Source of the DNA: an uncultured virus (IMG/VR IMGVR_UViG_3300024319_000011)
Lineage: Duplodnaviria; Heunggongvirae; Uroviricota; Caudoviricetes
Length of the DNA stretch: 20,000 bases
IMG/VR virus record: IMGVR_UViG_3300024319_000011
Direction: 5' to 3' (one strand)
Made by a program: the position numbers and the translations under genes. Below are positions 16,655-20,000 of this stretch, one piece after another. Under the pieces are notes generated by a model. It was not told where the DNA came from and did not search any database. It saw nothing but the letters and a program-made list of their open reading frames with translations. Within the stretch, counting starts at the first letter, position 1. Every line of letters starts with the position of its first letter.

Positions 16655-16662
16655 TATTTATA
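16655..16662 (-). promoter_or_regulatory. full T4 late promoter consensus TATAAATA on the minus strand; probable leaderless mRNA
   Basis: The minus strand reads TATAAATA-TAGTT-ATG into the second desaturase. Confidence 0.75.
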
Positions 16663-16690
16663 GATTTAAAAACTACAAGGGAAAAATTAT

Positions 16691-16933
16691 ATGCTAAAAA
16701 TATACTCCAAAACAAGCTGTCCGCATTGTGATAGTGCTAAACAATTTCTTGAATCAAAAGACATTGAATTTGAAGTTATTAACATAGAAAAGGATAGCGA
16801 AGCAAAAGAATTCTTAGTGGGAGAAGGACATCGATCAGTACCACAAATATATAAGGATGATGAGCTATTTGTTGAAGGTGGATATAGTGCATTAATTAAA
16901 TTAACAGAGGATGAAATAAAGGCAAAATTATGA
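16691..16933 (+). CDS. glutaredoxin (NrdC/NrdH-like RNR electron donor)
   Basis: CPHC active site, RSVPQI and GGY motifs, RBS AAGGGA. Confidence 0.93.
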   Translation: MLKIYSKTSCPHCDSAKQFLESKDIEFEVINIEKDSEAKEFLVGEGHRSVPQIYKDDELFVEGGYSALIKLTEDEIKAKL

Positions 16934-17232
16934 AATTAGACAACAACGAAATTTATACATTTAAATTAGTAACAGGTGAAGAAGTTGTAGCACAGACAGT
17001 TGAGATTGATGATGACCATTACATGGTTAACAAGCCTTGTACAGTATTACCAAATCAAGAAGGTAAAATGCAAATGGTTCCTAGTGCATACACTATGGAA
17101 TTGGAGAAAGATGTACGGATAAATACTAGTGCAATAGCAATGATTCTAGAATCAAATGAATCTGTTAAGGCGGCTTATAAAAAAGCAACAACAGGTATTG
17201 ATGTACCTGAAAAGAAAATCATACACGGATAA
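16930..17232 (+). CDS. hypothetical protein, Sm-like fold probable
   Basis: FKLVTGEEVVA followed by a beta-rich pattern. ATGA-coupled to glutaredoxin. Confidence 0.7.
   Translation: MKLDNNEIYTFKLVTGEEVVAQTVEIDDDHYMVNKPCTVLPNQEGKMQMVPSAYTMELEKDVRINTSAIAMILESNESVKAAYKKATTGIDVPEKKIIHG
17119..17125 (+). promoter_or_regulatory. candidate late promoter (ATAAATA) for the PAAR and downstream structural genes
   Basis: Intragenic box about 110 nt upstream of the PAAR ATG, where gene content switches from metabolic to structural. Confidence 0.45.
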
Positions 17233-17237
17233 TTTAA

Positions 17238-17525
17238 ATGCCAGCAGTAGTAAGAAGAGGTGACGCAAATTCAGCAGGAGGGATAGCCACACAAGGTGCG
17301 GCCACTGTATTTGTAAATGGAAGAGGCGTAGTGCCTCCGGGTAGTCCTGTAACTCCGCACCCTTGCTGTGGATCAAAAGGATGCGACGCACATTGCTCAG
17401 CAGTAACTACTGGCGGCTCAGCTACTGTATTTGCAGAAGGCAAGCCAATAATTTTAGTTGGTGATAATGATACGTGTGGACACGCAAGAGCTCAAGGCTC
17501 TCCAAACGTTTTTATAGGATCATAA
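17238..17525 (+). CDS. PAAR-family baseplate spike-tip protein (T4 gp5.4-like)
   Basis: MPAVVRRGD, TVFVNG, TVFAEGKPIILVGD, TCGH and GSPNVFIG repeats, with His/Cys candidate Zn ligands. Confidence 0.9.
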   Translation: MPAVVRRGDANSAGGIATQGAATVFVNGRGVVPPGSPVTPHPCCGSKGCDAHCSAVTTGGSATVFAEGKPIILVGDNDTCGHARAQGSPNVFIGS

Positions 17526-17526
17526 C

Positions 17527-19500
17527 GTGGCAGGAATACTAACTCCAATGCAAATGAATGCAGGAGCCGGGCTACTTCAAAATAGTGGCATAGGCATTGC
17601 TCCAGCACTGGCAACAAATATTACAGCATATACCAGTATTACTGCGATAGATACAATTACCTATTGTCATGATAATTCAAGTAAAGTTACTGGGTCAACT
17701 CTAACTAATTTACAAAGTTTAGGTAATGGAGTATTCCCTGGATTAACAAACATTGTACTGCCAGCAGATCATGCAACAGTGGGTGCAGGTGCATTAACTA
17801 CAAAAATAACAGCACACGCAAATGATTTGATTGGAGCAGACATTGGTGTGTTTGCACAACACTTTAGTCTAGCTAGTGCATTTACAACTAGCAGTAATGA
17901 ATTTATTAGCAGTGCAATCAACGCCGATTCAAGTTTAGATATTAATACAGATGTTAACAATTTATTAACAGGCGCAATCACAGATACCACAGTTGCACTA
18001 CCATCATTTGCAAGCGACTTATTAAACTCAGGTAACTTACTAAATTATAATGACCTACGTAACTTAGGAAATCCATTATCATTTATTAAACTATACTGGC
18101 AACAAGCAGGCGGGTTACCTATCATTGATGACTATCTTTCAGCTGAAGGTATTAATACTGCGGGACTAATTAATGCAGTAAGTTTAAGTGACCCGAGTGC
18201 TATTATTAACTCGCAAGTAAGTGACCTTGGTACTGAAGGATTAGTTAATTATGAGGACGGTGTTAATCCTAGTGCTGACTCTGGTAAAGCTAGTAAAAAA
18301 GGACTTGGTCAGGCAGTATGGGATACCTTAGGAAAAATTAAAGATACTGATCTTGCAAGCATACAAAATGTTTTAGGTAGTAGCATTTCTAATTTAGAAA
18401 CTGCACAAGACTTGTTAGATCCAAAAAAAGTATTTCCAACTGCATATCAAAGTTTAAAATCATTTGACACAAATGGTACTATAACTTTAATTTATATTAA
18501 TCAAACATTAAATGGACAGCTCGCAGGGCTAGGTCAAAGTTTATATTCAGCAGTGCCAGAATATATAGCAGATAGTAATCAGGCACTGGCAAGAAGTTTG
18601 CAACAAATTAAAGATATATTTAATATCACAAGTCAACAGTTGAGCCAAGTAGCAGAAAAATTAGAAACTACTAAAGGGCTTGGCACAATCATTGCACTTG
18701 ACAAGCCGGTACCTGATGCAACTATCAACTATTTTAAAAATATATATGGTACAGGATCAGGAACTAACGGACAATTTTTAGTAACAGATGTTATTGGAAC
18801 AGTAGCAGGTTATACTCATACTACAGAATTATCACAACTAGCAGAAACAGTGGGTAATCTAGATGACGAAAGTGAACTAGACAATCTAGCTAACTTATAT
18901 GAAACAATGAAAAACTTGTTTGACGATGCCGCAACATATTATACAATAGTCGAAGTTTCACCTCCAACAGTTCCGCCAACATACACAGAAACTTGGTATA
19001 TTCCAGCAGGTCGATATGGTTTGAGTTCAGCAAGTTACGCCTCAAGAAATCTTGCAGTTGATGATGTAATTACAGCCATTGACATAGAACTTGCTAGTTT
19101 AGCTTCAACATATCCTACACAAGCTACAGCAACAACAGCTAACATTACAAACTCATCAGCACAAATCAAACGTGAACTAGAGAATATGCCTAAGGCAGGT
19201 ATTGTTACAGCAGATACACAGACCGGAATAAAAACCGCTGTGATGGGACTAGTAACTAATTTACATCAGTATGGAGCAGACGAAAGTTTGGGTGGCACAG
19301 GATGGATATTAGAAAACGTAGCCAGCAGTGACTTTTATGGTGAAAGTTTAGTTGCGGCTCTTAGAGAAGGGCGTAACATAAGAAGATTGAATGATGCTAG
19401 TATTGGTAATAGTTTATTCATTGACTCTCAAACAAGAACCAGCCAGCAAGCATCATTTTTAGATTCAACATACTCAGTTGATGAAGCAAAAGACTTATGA
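17527..19500 (+). CDS. large hypothetical protein, probably virion structural
   Basis: 657-aa ORF with GTG start, rich in S/T/A/G/N, directly after PAAR. No recognisable catalytic motif. Confidence 0.7.
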   Translation: MAGILTPMQMNAGAGLLQNSGIGIAPALATNITAYTSITAIDTITYCHDNSSKVTGSTLTNLQSLGNGVFPGLTNIVLPADHATVGAGALTTKITAHANDLIGADIGVFAQHFSLASAFTTSSNEFISSAINADSSLDINTDVNNLLTGAITDTTVALPSFASDLLNSGNLLNYNDLRNLGNPLSFIKLYWQQAGGLPIIDDYLSAEGINTAGLINAVSLSDPSAIINSQVSDLGTEGLVNYEDGVNPSADSGKASKKGLGQAVWDTLGKIKDTDLASIQNVLGSSISNLETAQDLLDPKKVFPTAYQSLKSFDTNGTITLIYINQTLNGQLAGLGQSLYSAVPEYIADSNQALARSLQQIKDIFNITSQQLSQVAEKLETTKGLGTIIALDKPVPDATINYFKNIYGTGSGTNGQFLVTDVIGTVAGYTHTTELSQLAETVGNLDDESELDNLANLYETMKNLFDDAATYYTIVEVSPPTVPPTYTETWYIPAGRYGLSSASYASRNLAVDDVITAIDIELASLASTYPTQATATTANITNSSAQIKRELENMPKAGIVTADTQTGIKTAVMGLVTNLHQYGADESLGGTGWILENVASSDFYGESLVAALREGRNIRRLNDASIGNSLFIDSQTRTSQQASFLDSTYSVDEAKDL

Positions 19501-19925
19501 GAATTGAGTTATATTTAAAAATATCTAAAGGTTGCAAACCTGATATTTTAATAGAATTCAATGGCCAACCTATCAATGTTAAAATAGATAAGATAAAGAA
19601 TAAATTTGGGCATTACCCTGTAGTGTTTGATGTAGATCCTCTTGAACAAAATATGATCAAAGTATCAATAACCGGTCTTGGTAAGGATTCACTTAGTGAT
19701 AATCAGGTAAATGTATTTGACGCAATAATTGATGGAATCAATTTTGGAATCGTACACGTTATGAATTCCTGGGCATATCCTGAAGGACTAGCACCGCAGA
19801 AAGGAGCAACTGAGTTAGACCGTGACGGCTATATAGAAATACCTTTTGATTTACCGGTAGCTCTATATTGGGGGAAAGTACATACAGAATTTAAATTTGA
19901 GGATTTTCCTGAATGGATAAGCTAA
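19497..19925 (+). CDS. hypothetical protein
   Basis: 142-aa ORF, ATGA-coupled to the upstream gene. Confidence 0.7.
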   Translation: MRIELYLKISKGCKPDILIEFNGQPINVKIDKIKNKFGHYPVVFDVDPLEQNMIKVSITGLGKDSLSDNQVNVFDAIIDGINFGIVHVMNSWAYPEGLAPQKGATELDRDGYIEIPFDLPVALYWGKVHTEFKFEDFPEWIS

Positions 19926-20000
19926 CAAAAGAATGGTTTGCAATAGACTTCCCTGGAGGGCCTACATCAGTAGAAGTAGCTGATGATCCGTTTGATACTG
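19913..20000 (+). CDS. 5' end of a hypothetical protein (partial)
   Basis: ATG 19913 overlaps the previous gene end, and the frame stays open to the window end (MDKLTKEWFAIDFPGGPTSVEVADDPFDT). Confidence 0.45.
   Translation, partial: MDKLTKEWFAIDFPGGPTSVEVADDPFDT

Noticed and set aside
1..20000. Stop-codon reassignment
   Set aside because: TAA, TAG and TGA all terminate genes at expected ends, and conserved proteins are full length in the standard code.

Overview
AT-rich, gene-dense segment of a large T4-like (myovirus-type) phage genome in the standard genetic code, with almost all genes on the + strand. The host is probably a proteobacterium, inferred from the IscU/ErpA/IscA and class Ia RNR sequence types. 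Bases 1-6364 form a late module under repeated (A/C/T)TAAATA promoter boxes. Several of its proteins begin with (I/L)-x-E motifs typical of prohead-protease-processed, capsid-internal proteins. One of these is a 599-aa fusion of a Pol-beta-type nucleotidyltransferase and a KxDG ligase-like domain, the best candidate for an undescribed injected nucleic-acid repair or modification system. Downstream are an iscU-erpA-iscA Fe-S assembly cassette, an SGNH-like hydrolase, a PD-(D/E)XK nuclease, a DUF3307-like membrane protein and a beta-helix virion protein. These are followed by nrdA-nrdB, two convergent overlapping membrane fatty-acid desaturases, glutaredoxin, an Sm-like protein, a PAAR spike tip and a large probable structural protein. 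Regulatory oddities include apparently leaderless late genes (TAAATA-N5-6-ATG), a structured repeat-containing leader before a holin-like gene, and a nested sigma70/late promoter. All assignments come from motif recognition by eye; no searches were run.
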